Of a stretch of 64,000 nt of DNA, positions 12,743 through 26,700 are shown piece after piece. The translations under genes were made by a program, and so were the position numbers. Origin of the DNA: Amoebophrya sp. A120 (taxonomy: Eukaryota > Protista > Dinoflagellata); contig CAJINV010000002.1 in the NCBI GenBank assembly GCA_905178155.1, positions 12,828,387-12,892,386 on the forward strand, read 5' to 3'. How positions within the stretch are numbered: the stretch's first letter is position 1; each line of letters begins with the position of its first letter. The notes below the pieces were generated by a model that worked only from the letters and a program-made list of their open reading frames with translations, did no database searches and had not been told where the DNA came from.

Positions 12743-13919
12743 AACTATAGACTTGTTTGTGTTTCTCATTTGTAGTAGTGTTCTAGACTATCGCGCGACC
12801 GATTTTAACTATGATTATGAAAAAGAAAAAGTATGGCCGATGGCGCACACTGTGGCCGAAGTAGTGTCGTCTGCATGTTCATCGTTGTTCGTACCACTGG
12901 AGTCTACTTCTTCGTTCTACTCCCGTTATATCTGTGCTACCTCCTCCTGCGCGTCTTCGATGTCGTCCAGTTTTCTCTACGTCCTGATTTATTTCGTGCA
13001 AGCAGAAGTTGATCGAGATTGCGTAACAAGAGAATAACGCAACTGAACTCTGTATCGTGCCGGTGATTCACTTTGTCGGTCGTATTGTCCTCACAGACAC
13101 AGTGACTCTGCCCACGCTGCATCTCTGGCTCGCTGCGATCTGCTGAAAATGAATTATGTGCCGTGAAGTTCGGCAATACTATAACTATTTATTACATACA
13201 TTTACTTTCTGAAGAAAAAGAACGTTCAGAAGAGCATTGGCGTCGGCAATTAAAAAGAAAGAAAGTGGTGATGGATCGGTCAAAAAGAACAAAAGTCCTT
13301 ATCTACTTGATATTGCAGTCGGTCATCTCGTGCGCATCCTCGTGAACACAAGACGTACGGACGTACAACTTCTGTAACGTTTCTCGCGCTCTTGTCTGAC
13401 GAGACTCGTCGTTCATCATGAGCCTGGAAACATAAGCAAGAGGTGGATCATGCTTTTTTTCATCTGCGAACCCAATACCTCCAGGACCTCCCGAACAACT
13501 TGCAACTGTTTACAATATGACCCTTTTCATTTATGAACCGATGGTGAGTACACGGCACTAGCCGTTGTAGTGACAAGCTGCCTCATGCGTTCACTGCTGT
13601 TTCTCCATCGTAGTCAACATTTTTTAGAAGGTTTTAGACAATCACTATGCAGCTAGTTACGTTACGCATTATCCCGTAGATCATCAGATCCTCATGGATG
13701 TAATGTTTTTCACGCGCTAGTCTTTTACCCCGAGTTCAAATTTTGTATGGCCATCTTGATGGGATGAGTCATAATCTATTTAGTATTTTCCGTTTATTTG
13801 ACGCGCTGACGTGATTCGACCTATAAATCTGTGTGTGATGAGCGAATATATGGGTTGCATATCCTCACCGAACCGGAGTTTCACAGTTTGAACAGGATGA
13901 AAAGCATACGGCTGTAAAG

Positions 13920-15210
13920 ATGGGTGGCGAGGAAAAGAAGAAGAAAGACATATCCTGTGCAAAAATGACCTCAAGACCCCATAGGCAAAATGTATGATGT
14001 ATGATGTCGTTGTGCTTAAGAGCTAAAGGCTTTCGCTCTGCCGGCAATTATCCCGAAGCAAGACAAAATTTCTCCCCGATCTTCGTGGTGAATTAGAGCA
14101 TTTCAAGTACTACCCGCTTCCACAGCGAGGCGACGTCGCAGTGAGGGCGTTCTTTTCGCACTGGATAATTTTTTGGCATCACAAGTTTTGAATATTTTCT
14201 TTGCCTGGGTCCACAACGTGGGGGTCGTTTTTGCACAGGATAGCAAAAGAAGGAGCGGAAGAGTTCCTCCGGGACGTCGTCGACGGAGAAGAAGGACGGC
14301 AAGAAGCGACCCGACTCCCCGAGCGCTTCCTCCTCCAAGAGGCCAAGCACGCCGAAACCACTGGCGCTCACGGACGGCACGACGCTCGGCACGAGCAGCA
14401 GCAGCCTGGCCCTGATCCCGCTGCAACGACAGTCCACCACGCTGGTCGATGACGGTTTTGCCGCGGACTTTACGGACAAAAAGTTCTTCTGCGAGTCCGG
14501 CGAGCAAATGGGCTTTGTGTTCCGCGACAACGTGATATCCACGGCAAATCGAGGCACTTTGAATATTACACCAGCACGTCGACGTACAAATGGTACCTAG
14601 TATACTGTTAGGGTTGATCGATCGGGGAAGATATTCTACCAGACGACCCAGTACAACGTTTACATGATCTCCTGGATTTTAGGTTATATGAAATTTTGAG
14701 CAAAGTGCACTCATTGTGCGTCGTCGGGCACTGTAGTAAATAAAGTTTCTCTACTTGCTCTTGCATACGTCATTACGAAAGTGGTACCGGGTCGCTGGGC
14801 AGACCGTTCGGGGCTGCGCGAGTTCGACGAGATAGTCCTGATCCAGACCGACTTTTCCGACGACGAGGTGGTGGAAACGTACGAGCGCAAATTGGCGTCT
14901 GGGGCCGCGGAACTGGTCAAGTTTACCCCCTTCTTGCCCCTGTCGCAGCGGGACAAGATCATCCGGCTGAAGCGAAAACCCTCGGTAGGCTTCGTTATCG
15001 CCCGGGGCGTCAACGACAACGATGTGGACCAGGCCGCCAGAAACATGCAGGCCGCTTTCCGCGGCAGAAAAGACCGAGACTTCGTGAAGCAAAAGAAAGA
15101 GGTATTTATTATTTCATGATATCGCTGCCAAATACAAATTGAAATTAGAAACAGCTTTGCTGCGATTGATCTTAATCGACCTTGATGAAGAAGTAGAAGA
15201 AGTCGTTTGA
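13920..15210 (+). CDS. PDZ-like domain protein (3' end uncertain)
   Basis: Spliced GEQMGFVFRDNVITKVVPGRWADRSGLREFDEIVLI fits the PDZ pattern; K/S-rich N-terminus MGGEEKKKKD. Confidence 0.65.
13951..14242. mobile_element. Introner family F (TIR TATCCTGTGCAAAAA(T/C)GACC)
   Basis: TIRs clear, DR decayed (AGACA/GCAAA), but element+5 nt removal keeps frame (KDKKERK). Confidence 0.8.
14536..14767. mobile_element. Decayed introner (family E-like)
   Basis: TAT...ATA ends, flanks CGTGA/CGTCA; removal restores NVITKVVPG. Confidence 0.75.
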
Positions 15211-16209
15211 CAAATCAACAAAGTTTGAAAATAGAGGTGGTTTATGAATGTGGGCATGATGCCATCGTTCTTGTCACGGAAGCAAAGTTTTGCTTTGAGT
15301 TTCGCTGCGGAAAGCCAGGAGACCGGAACAAAGCGACCGGATTCGTGACACGATCTTCGTAACGAGTTGTAGTACTCTCCTTACGACGCGGAGAGATGCG
15401 TTTGCGTGCTGGAAATGAATCGGTCTTGAACTACAGGACCTGAATTATTGGGCGTTTTTGCATCAGCAACAAGGGGCGACCTCTCGCAAAATTCAAAAAA
15501 TTGAGTTCAAATTTTGTCAGAACTCAGCGTCTAACAGACCGTGTAGCGCTCGCCGGGCCGGGCTGTGCCCTGGGACGCTGCTGGCTGCTTTCTTTAAAGG
15601 AAACTCTCCTCCATGGAACCATCGCAAATTTTGAAAAATCTGGGTCAAAACTTTTCAAAACTTCCCGGCGGCACCTGTCTGCTTCCTGGTGTTGCGAGGT
15701 CCGCAGAGTGGAGACGCTATCCGTTGCGTATCGCGCGTCTAAATCTACGTAAAAAACAAGGACAACGCAGTGTTTCAGAAATGAAAGGCAACATTTTTCG
15801 GTTCGCCCCACTTCTGATGCGGCCGCTGTTGAGACCACCACCATCCGGCCTCAAACTTTGAAGCGAAAAAAAGGACCTTTCTCGGCCGGAATTCAGGGGC
15901 TGAACTCTCGCAAACTTCTAAAAATCGCAGTGATATTTTGTTCTGACTTGGCAACAAGCACAAGCTCGCTTAATATGCAGCCATGGTGCGCACTCACGAC
16001 AGGCCTCATCTTCAACACGGACAGGCCAGTTCTCATTTTTCTCCGTGCCCTTCAACAAATTTGAAGTCTCGCAAATTTTCAAAAATCAAGCAAAAATGAG
16101 CGACTTACTTGCGCTAGCGCGTCGGACGTATGTAGACCACGCTTTGAGAAGTACTTATTTGCACGCCATTCCACCGTTTTACCTTTATTCTATGTATAAA
16201 ACCTGACAG

Positions 16210-16932
16210 AACACGGTCTGGGGCTGGTTTTCTGCCTGTTGCGGGATTCTTCATCAAGACGGCAGTTCACCCTCGATTTATCAAATGTAAAAATGTCTGG
16301 GTCTGGAAGATTGCGAGGTTTGTCATGCTTGTCTGGCATGACCAAAAAGTTTGTGATGCGTGTCCAAGAAGAGACCCTTTTGCCTGTCATGCAAAAACGC
16401 AGTTTGTCATGCGAAAAACGTAGCTCAAAGAAGCGCAGATATTTCTCATGCTTGCCTGTGCATTACAGAGCATTCATTATTCCCAGCGCAGCATTACAAG
16501 TTTCCAGGCCCAGACATATTTGCAATGCATACGATTGATTGTCTAGCGATTCATCCGGGGCAGAACCGAGAAAGGGTGATCCGGAGTCAGTCGCCCCCGC
16601 CCCCACTGATTGAGTACTACCCCCCTTTGGCAATTGAGGACGCCGTACCGAGTCACATCTCGCTCCCTATTGCGGACGAGGAGGACATGGTGCCCTTCCT
16701 CTCAACACCGAGGTACGAGTCCCACCATGAGGAACATATTGCGAGGGACGACGGGGGGATACTAGCGGTCTTCCGCCAAACCGGGGCGGAGCCGGACCTA
16801 CCTGAGGAATATGATAACGACGACGAGCCGGGCGAGGACCCTGTCAGCGGTAATGTGGTGAATGACAACTATTCCGAAAATGAAAGGAAACCTTTTTACA
16901 ACAAATCGTCTCCCGAATTAGTAACCACATGA
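16210..16932 (+). CDS. Hypothetical acidic/Pro-rich protein (start uncertain)
   Basis: Removing introner 16279-16531 joins NTVWGWFSACCGILHQDGSSPSI to DCLAIHPGQ... Confidence 0.45.
16279..16531. mobile_element. Introner family A (opposite orientation to 1067-1318)
   Basis: TIRs, DR CGATT. Confidence 0.9.
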
Positions 16933-17788
16933 TGTATGAGGATGAAATGAAAAGAACACTGCGTCACCTGAGAGTGCGTCGTACGCCTACCCCTTTATTC
17001 CACATTTTCCAAGATAAGTTCTCGCATTTTCGTTTGTCGGACGCATAAGAATCTATGGTATTGCTCGCCAAAAAAGTACTTACAAAAAGAACTGTCTTCG
17101 TCCGGCACCCTGGAGAGTTTTCGATCTTCGGCAGAAAGTTGCTATCGTTGTTCGAGACCGAGGAAACTTGCTTCTCCGTGTTGTGATGTTTCCTAGGAGA
17201 GAGATCTGTTGAGAGACGTGATTGTGACAAACGCAAATGCGGCTCTCTTGTATCCTGATTGTTATATTAGTCATCCTATCTTGTCATCGATCAACCTGGA
17301 CGACCACGACAAGAGCTATGGATTGATTTTGCAGCAGCATGTGCCTGGTTATTATGGCTGGGACGCAATAGAAGTCAACGAGAAGGCTCCTGTCACGTAC
17401 GTACGTGCTCCTACTTGCAACATCTTCTTATTTGCTACAGGATCGACTCGACATGGACAAAAGTACTGTATTCGTTGGTTGCTGGTGTTCGTTATTGCAC
17501 CTGCAGGAGGATCACAGTCATGCGAAATCGCATAAAAAGCACGTGATTTTAGCAGGTTTTTTTGTTCCGTCTGACATCTTTCTGATTGACAATAATACTA
17601 AGAGCATTGTACGAGTTAGCGGCGCTTCGCGCATTCTCGACTCCGTACTTTCGTGCAGAAGTATTTCGACTTTTCCCCTACTGTTTCTGCGCCGTCGGAA
17701 CAAATAATCGTCCCGTCGCTTCTAACGAGCAGAAAAAGGGCGGCTTCTGAAACAAGCAATAGGATATCGGCATCGGCTTCTTGTTGCG

Positions 17789-20700
17789 ATGTTTTTCCCC
17801 ACCACCTACGCACAGTTTCAGCCGCAGCCACGTGTATCCCGTTCGGCCAGCGCGCAGCCGCGAACGCAGTTTTTTCAGAGCGTTGTCGACACTTCTCAGC
17901 AGCATCTCCAACAGCAGCAGCATGCGACTGCCGCCCAGCACCACCGACGCGGGGCAGCGTCTCCCCCGACGTTTGCGTTGGTGCCGCCCACGCTAAATGG
18001 GAGCATGTCCTCCTCCAGCGGTGGCAACCAAAGTTTGACCTACAACCAGCACCAGAATCACTCGCACTCCCACTCCTCGACGCGCGCCGAGAATTTTTTG
18101 CCTGTGGGACACCAGCCCCGACAAGTCACGAGTGGTAACAAGCAGATGTCAAATGGGGTGAAAGGATCCGCGTCTGGAGGAAATGGACCGCCCGCGGCCC
18201 AGCACGGCAAGCCGCTGGCGACCGGCACGAAAAAAACCAGCTCATCTTCCACATTTTTCAGTCCACCGGGTGGCGTGATGGTCGGAAAACAAAATGTGCA
18301 CAAGGCTGACGAAATAAATTGCAGAAGTGGAGCAGGTGGAAAAACAGGAGCAGCAGTCAATACTAGCGAAGCTGCTGCATTTGCAGGCGGAGTTGGCAAC
18401 AAGCCTCGCCCTCGTCCAGAACAAGTAGCTCGCGGACCGCCTCCACCCGCGGGGGGCACTAGTGAAGATCGCACTGCTGGCAGCCAAGCACGCTCGTTAA
18501 TACTGAACCAGTTTGCTCCGTCGCCGCGAGTCGGCGGCCCGTTCGCTCCGCTGGACCATTCCGGAGCGAGTGCCTCCGCGGTGCATCAGCTCGGCGGCGC
18601 TGGTCCTTCTGCGCAGCAGCCTCCCCAGAGACAGCAGTCCGCGCGGGTGCTGCAGGCGCCGAATATGGTCCTGACGATGCCCCACCTGAATGCCGTCAGC
18701 CGGTCAATCTCGGTGGGCCCAAGGTTGCAGATGCATGGGACGAACAATTACCCCGCGACATCGCCCCGGCCGCAACCGCTACTCAACGTGGTGTGCCGGC
18801 TATCCACGAAAGAAGCTGTGTTGGTGTAGTACTACCCTCTGGGCCGGCTGGCAGCATGACAATATTTGCTCTGCATGTTGCCACCCAAGGAAACCGCGTC
18901 CACAGCTAGTACGTGTTGAGAATGCAACATGTGCAAAAGAGGACTTCGTGGCTGTCTAACATGAGAAGTGTGTACCGATTTGCATTTATAATGCTGCACC
19001 ATGAGCTTACACTAACACAGGTTTTCCTCGGATACCAACCACAGGAGCAGATCGCAGAGCAAGACCCTGTGGTGTCTAGGATAAATAGACCGCCTAGTTG
19101 CAGCAATGCGGCCTCGTCGGGAGTAGGCAGTAGCACTTCCAGGGAACAACAACCCAGATCCGCTGCTGCTGCCGCTTCTACGTGTGCAACGAAGCAGATG
19201 AATATGACGGGATCGTCTGCTTTGCTTGGTCAAGGTGGACAACGTGCCTTCCAAATCGAGCCCCTGTCACCCGTTTTGTTCGGAAGACCGATGTTCGGAG
19301 GTGCTGGTGGAGGACACATCAACGCTAATAGTAATTTTGAACATACCCAGAACTACCCCGACGAGCAGGAGGCGCTTCCTCCCGACTCCGCGCGAAGCAG
19401 CAATATCACTCAGCCGCCGCCGGACGCACTGATCACGCCCACAGCAGCGCAGTCCGCGTCGTCTTCCTCCACGGCGTTTTTCAACTACGGGAGAGGAGGA
19501 AGTATTTACTTAGAATGTTTTGAAGACGGCGCAACAAATCGTCCAAATGCAGTACTGACGTACAGCTGAACCCTGATTCGATGTACTACACTTCCCGACG
19601 GACATCGTTGCTGTGTAAGTAGTTCTTTTTCGTTTCGCTATCGATTAAACTTTATTTGTCCGTGTCCTACCTTGTGTGTCGTCCTAGCGAAAAGCGCACC
19701 GTATGAATGACTTCTTCCTACTACTTACTTGCAGGTCCTCCGCCCATGCAGATCGGCTGGAACAGCATGACGAGCAGCCGGGCGCCGGGCAACGCTAGTT
19801 CGCGCGTTGGCGCCCAAGGTTCGCATCATGGGCCCTCCTCGTCACACCAACCGCAGACCATGAATCGCGCCCAGCGGAGCGCCAGCGTGGTCTCGTTGAA
19901 CTCCAATTCGAACAACATTGTGCACGCCCCGAAGGGTATTTGCCCCCCGGACATCCACGCACCGCGGCGGATCCGCACCCTGAAGGAGCAGGTGACGAAG
20001 GATAGCAAGGACGTGACGCAGAAGCGGGACCTGGTGGACGAGCTCACGGCCATCGCCGAGGACAAGGATCTAGTCCGGGAGAAATTGACGAAAGAGGTTG
20101 GGCAGCTGTTCGACGAGACTTCCTACTACAAAACCGAGCTCCGCGGCCTGCGCATTGACAACCAGCAGCTCGCGAACGAGATCTGTCAAATGGAAAACAC
20201 CATGAAGGAGAAGGACCGGATTAACCACTCCTTCTGCGAAACGCTGAAGAAGTCCGCGAAGTTATCCAGGAAAAAAACTGTGGTAGTGTACCAACTTTCT
20301 TTGGCTGACAGCATCACGAATTTGCTCTCCTCTGCATTAAACAGAGAAAACCTGTCATGCGTGAGCTGTACGGGAAAACAGAAACACACACGAAGAGAAG
20401 GATTCGTTGTTGTCTGGCATGTGACAGGTGTATAAACTCTGTTGCATGTTCTGCATTTTTACAGAGTTACACTTACCCAGTTTTTTTCTTGCATAGAAGT
20501 CAACGGTCATGTCTCTGGAACTGAAGCAGCTGGAACGGCGCGTCGTCGAGCTGCCTCCGAAAATCGAGCAGGAGCGGGCGTTTTACGAAAAGGAAAACGA
20601 AACCCTGCTCTTCAAGCTCAGCACCGCCGAGGCGGACCTGCAGAAGGGCCATGACGATCGCGAGCAAGGGATCCTAGACGCGAATCTAGCGTGGGAGGAG

Positions 20701-23700
20701 ATGAAGCAGAAGCGTATACATACTAGTACTTGTTGAAGATGAAGAAGTTCAGTGAAGATCTATCAATTACTCCTTGTCACGTCTTTTCAAAAATCCTGAT
20801 AGGTCCACCCTTGAATTTTTTGCAAAAAAACGGACGCGTATGAGGCCGTCAAGTACTTATTTTAAAACTACTTAGAAAATTTCATTTTGGTAGCTAGGAC
20901 CGCACTTTTTTTTGTATGAAAGTTGACTACTTCATTTTAACTAGCTAGATCAGGAGCATCTTCGGTCACGGATGCGTCCCGCGACGCGGCGCAGACAAGT
21001 CGGAGGAGCAGCGACAGAGGCCATGATTTTGGTATGTGTCCGGGAACGTAACTAAGGCCTTAGATCTGGAGGACACGAGCCTCCTGCTGCAGTACTCGGT
21101 TGAGTTGACCTGTGGATGATTGTCGGTGAGTGGTGTTTTCGATCAGCCTGATGATAAGCGTAAAGCGCACAGCATACGGATTGGAAATTTACGAACCTAC
21201 GGCGATCATCATTTCTTGCTTGCTGATGAGTTTCAACATCTCCAGGGCTCCGGAGTGGTAGTAGATCACTGTGCCCCTACTTGCTCGTCTTTCTTAGTAG
21301 TGCCTTCGCTGAGATTTTAGATCTTGGCCGCGCCGCGAAACCAGCAGGCATGGGAACGCAGCCACGGGAGATCGAGCGGGCGTGCTTCGGCATGTTCAGA
21401 GCCGCCATTGCAGAGCACTTCGAGGTGCGGCGGGTTGGTGAGCTTTCCGCTGATATCATCACTCGCCCGCATCACGTTATGATGATCAACGGCGTGGAGT
21501 GGAAGCACTGGCTTCTGATCCAGTTCAAGGCTGGGACGGAGCGAAACGGAGCGTGGGTTCGTCGCGCCCGCAGCTGCTTGGTACATCACAAGAACCAGCA
21601 CCATGGTCACGCGCTCGTGGGAATGTGTCACAACAACCCTGACGAAGTGCTGGTCGAGACGCGCAGCCGCGCAGACCTGCCGAACCTCCTGTTCTCGGTG
21701 TGGATGGATCCGCACGCTACGCGCTTCGATGGTGAAGCTGACCTGCTATTCGCGTACTCGCCCGAGACGCTTGTGGAACGGAACGCGCGGCGCCTGTTCT
21801 GGTTGACGATCCGGAACTCCGGCTTATCGTACCGGCTGTCCGAGGACGAAGGCACCCCGATTGATGGGTATGCAAACTGAAAGGCACAGAAACACACGCG
21901 GGCAGTCTGTGAAAAAAACATACTGCGATACTCCTGTATCTGTCATGCGAAATAAAACTGCGCCAAGACATGCCCTCGTGTGTTTCGCTTCTTTCTCATT
22001 TGCATACGTAGTACATCCGGTTCGATGCCGACCCAACCGGCAATGAGTACAGCGCTCAAGAAAAGGCGTTGTCGATTCGGAAGGAGCAGGGGCAGGCGGT
22101 TGGCTTGCGCTGCACGATGCGGAGGTGCGTGCTTCTGATGCGTGTCGCTCGAGCCCTGGTATGCACTACTGTTTGCGAAAGGGTCGCGCAATGTAATGCT
22201 TTATTTTAATATTAAAACTATCAGGACCAAAAACGTCCCGCACGACGTCAACGACGCCGACTTCCTTCTCTTGCACGCCCGCCGGGACCCCAAAGACAAA
22301 ACGTTCTCCGGTCTTGCTGGGTCGATGCTGGTGCCGTGCCAGGTCTTGGCCGACCTCGGCATCGTCAAGTGTGAGGACCGGTAAACAAGTAGTGACGCCA
22401 TTGCTATAGAATTTGTCATGCGTATATGCTACCACACTACACCGCACCAAAAACTATCAAGCACTTACTTGTTCAGGGGATCGATTGGGCGCGCCATCAT
22501 GTCGGTTTATCCGAACGCGCCGGGTGTGCGTGTGAACCGCAGCGGTGTGTTGGAAGGGTTTTACGTTTCGTGCCACGACCAGGATCAGGAATACTTGGAC
22601 AAAATGAAACAGACGACTTTGAACTACGGGAACGGCGTGTATGATCACCAGGGAAACTAACGACGAAGCCGAAGGACGACGAGAAGACACAGCAGGAACA
22701 CATTATCTACAAAGCCACGGATTTTGTACAAGGTGCCGGGCCACCTTCTTGGTTATTTTTCAAAGGATGTCACGCGGGTTCGTTTTTACAATTGAAACTC
22801 AAAAGAGGAGCTCACGTCATGATTTTTTATTTCCAGTAAAAAGCATAGCTCTAGTAGTGTTTTCATATCTCCATAAATAATTTGTTCTGTGAGGAGCTCA
22901 TCCCTCACAGCAGCGCGTACGAAAATAGTGCCGCCTTCTCGGTGGGAATCAATCACGGGTGGTATTTCATAAATATTTTTTAATTTTACTGCGCCCTGGT
23001 CTGATTTGCGCCGCTGTGCAAAGCAGCGACGTCTTCATCTAATTTTTTCAAACTGAAAAATAAAAATTGAAACTTGTCTCACCACAAGTAGTATCCACCT
23101 CTACAGCTGTTTACGATTTTTGCTGCAAGGATTTTCTAATCTGCATAACTGCCATTATGCAGCTTCGGGAATTTCTCACGCTAGGAGTTCTGCTTCTCCT
23201 TCAATAAATAAAACGCGAAGATGAAGCATTCATATTATTTTTTTTTCATAAAACAATTTGTGCTGCAGGTGTCGACAAAAGAATGTCTGATGCGGAGTGC
23301 GCACCAGACGAAAACCAAACCAAAGATAGAAGCATCAACAAGAGCATGACTATGATGATTCACATAATTACTTATCCGCTCCGCTTTTGCTGTTCGACTT
23401 CGTCTTCGACTTCTTCCTCCTCGGGGCGCCGGTGATGGGGGACGAGTGTGAGGGGGGGTATTCAAAGCTCCCGGCAGAGGCAGCGTTGTCGGACAAGCTG
23501 GCGCTCTTTTCCTCATCGGGTTCATTTTGCGACGACTTCTTGCCCTTCCCTTTCTTGCCCTTCCCCTTCTTCTGCTTCTTACCCTTGCCCTTGCTGTTTC
23601 CCTTCCCGCCCTTGCCGTTGCCCTTCCCCTTCTTCCCCTTTCCTTTGACCTCCACGCTGGCGCTCTCGGACTGCTTGCTTTTCTTCGTCGGTTTCTTTTT

Positions 23701-26700
23701 CGTCAGCTGCTCCGGTTTGTCATTTTTTTTCTTGACATTCATCTTCTTCATCGGCTGTTCATTCTTCTTCGCTTTTTTCACGACGATGCTCCGGGGCTTT
23801 TTTCCTTGCACGTGCTTGCGGTGTTCGATCCGGTTCGCGAGGTTGTACACGTCGTCCGGGATGTCCACCCGTTCGTACTGTTTTTCACCAGCAGCTGAAT
23901 CATACCGGGCCAGTTGCAAAGAGCCCGGCTTGAGGCCGAGCTCTTTGATGGCGTAGGGCACGAGACCACACACGATCTTTCTCTGGACATCCCCCGTGCA
24001 TTCGATCGACGGACACACCCAGACCACATTGATGGGTTTGTAGCTGGTGGGATACCAGTACATGCGGATCCGGTCCTTCAGTTTGCCCTGCGCCTGACGA
24101 TGACTGCGGAAAGCGCAGCAGATCTTGTTCTCCCCCTCGGTGTAGAACAAGAAGTACTCGTATGTCGGCTTCATGCGGCAGTCCTCGATGCGGTTTCCGG
24201 CATCCGTCGCGAACTTCCTCTGCACCTCCTGGTTGGACAAAACGCGGTCGGTGTTCGGCAAAACCGGAGCACTACTCAACCCCAGCGCATTGAGTTCCGC
24301 CGTGAACTGAACCTCGTCAACCAGATCAATCACCTTGCTCACACACTCCTCCGTCAGCAAGTCCTCCTGCTGCGCCTGGAACAACACCTTCCGGCTGTGG
24401 TCCGTCATTTTCTCCAGAATATCCTTCGAGAGCAACCTGGGGCACATCTCCGTCGCCTTCGAGAGGGCGCCGATCTGCAACTTCTTGGGCTGCGTGGTGA
24501 AATATTCGCATTGGAACTCACGCACGGAGATCCAGTTGGAGTCGCGGAGTCGGATGAAGGTCGTGCCCAGCATCACACGGTGCTCATTACGCACTCGGCC
24601 GACGTACAATTCGTCGTCCTCGTCGAAAATCCCCCAGGTGATCTGGAAGTTGTCGCCACACTGCGGAAACTTCAGGAGGATGGAGGGGCTGATGGGGTCA
24701 CTGTGTTCCTTCTCGCTGGTCATGTTGCACAAATAGAACGCCGTAGTATGAGATTGAAAAAGCAGTGAAGCTGGGGAGAAGAAAAATTTGTCATGCAAAA
24801 ACGCAGTAGTTTGCCATGCGCAAAAAAGGATCCACCAATCGTCGCGTTATACTCGAACACCAGCTCTGATCTTTCTATCCCATAATGGTAGTGACCGTCG
24901 AACGTGCGGGCATTTTTCTGGTACTCCCACCCCAGGATGTCCGCGTGGAAATTGCGCGAGTAAATCGGATCGTCGGGCTGTTTTGGAGTTTTGCGTGTTG
25001 AATCTACCGGCGCAGATGGAGTCATGATCAACCGACTACAGAGGACGATCGCAAACAACATCAAAACAACAACAACTACTGTACGTTTGTGCCGGTCCGC
25101 TTGTTCAAGTTAAACTCGGCGCACAGGCGGGTGCTAGTCGCGACCTTGAACAAGTACTCGTCCTCGTTGCGGTATTTGTTCATCGCGGTCAAAGCTTTCA
25201 CCGCCCGGAACCCGACATACTTCGGGCTGGGCGTTTTGTTTTTGGGGTCCTTCAAGTAGTCGCGCGCCTTCTTGTACATCGGGTCCTTATCTTTCCGGTC
25301 CCAGCCGGCCTGACAGATATTCTTCAGCCCTTTGAAAGCCTCCTGGATAGAAGCCTTCCGCGTCGACGGGTCCAGATACTTCGCTTCCTCCTTTTTCAAC
25401 TTGAATCCCAAGTCGTTGCCGGTCATGTCGTCGTATGCATTGCAAAAGTGTCGCGCCACAGTGTGCTGCATTACAGATTTACATGTTCTTTTGCATGACA
25501 AATCATCATCGTCTATATATATCTATATACGTGTGCTGATGCTTGGGAGTGCGACACTTTTGCAAAAGATAGTTCATCGGAGCAGTTCTCGATCAAAGTC
25601 TCCAACTCCATCGGCGACACGCACATGCTTCTCGACGGCTGCACCAGCGGCGGCAGGGCAAAACGGTGCTGGTTGAAGCGGTACTCGAGGAGGTTCAACT
25701 GCTTCGAAATCATGTGGCACAAGCCCGGGGAGTTGCGTAACGCCTGGAGGATGTTGGCTTCTTTGAATCCTCCTTCTGTGGTTTTCTCGTACAGGGGACC
25801 GGTCTAGATGACGCACTCGAGCCACCGCTCCAGGACATGGCCGGGCTCTTCGAAGCAGGAGAAAATCATGATCATGACCTGGCAGGAGATGGACAACGGG
25901 ACCGGGCAGAAGTCGAACAACTGACCCAACTGCTGGGGGGTAAACTTCTCCAACCAGCCGAAGTGCTGACACTTCCACAGGCCGTAGCTCGGGTCCAGGC
26001 ACTCGTGGAAGTAGTCGCTGATCAAGCAGGACAGCAGGATACACACTCCGCGCTCGTACATAGCGCCCTCGTGGAAGTTGTCGCACGTGAAGGAGCAGAG
26101 ATTGTTCCAGAACTTCCACTGGCCAGTACCGTAGATCATCCACAACAACTCCGGAGTTGTGTACATCTTTCCCAGATGCGCATCCTTATCGAAGTGGAGC
26201 TTCATCGTGTCGACCAAGGGTTGGCTCGTCAAGCACGGCGTCATCGACCCCCGCGAGTTCAAGTGCTCCAGCAAGAAGCTAAACTCGAGACGCTCCTTCC
26301 CCATCATCTTGCACATTTCCACGTGGTGCTGCGTGAAGTACATCGCGAACCACAGCAGCTCCTTCGGGTAGCCATGCCAGGTGACGTTCTTGCGCGGGTC
26401 CTCCGGCTGTTCATCGTCTTCATCCATCGGGTTGAGTTTATGCATGGGAAACGGCACAACGCATCGCATATTTGTCATGCAATTTTCTGCATATATATAT
26501 TACATATGTATAGATAGCAATATGGCATGACAAATAATTTATACTTATTTATGTATATATGCAGAAAATTGCATGACAAATGTTGTTTTTGCGTTGTATT
26601 ATTTCACGGATACAGCTCCTCCTCGTCTTCGACTTCGGGACTGTGCATGTCATGGCGCTGCAGGTATTCCTTCGCTCCCTTGTTACGGATCTCCTCGAGG

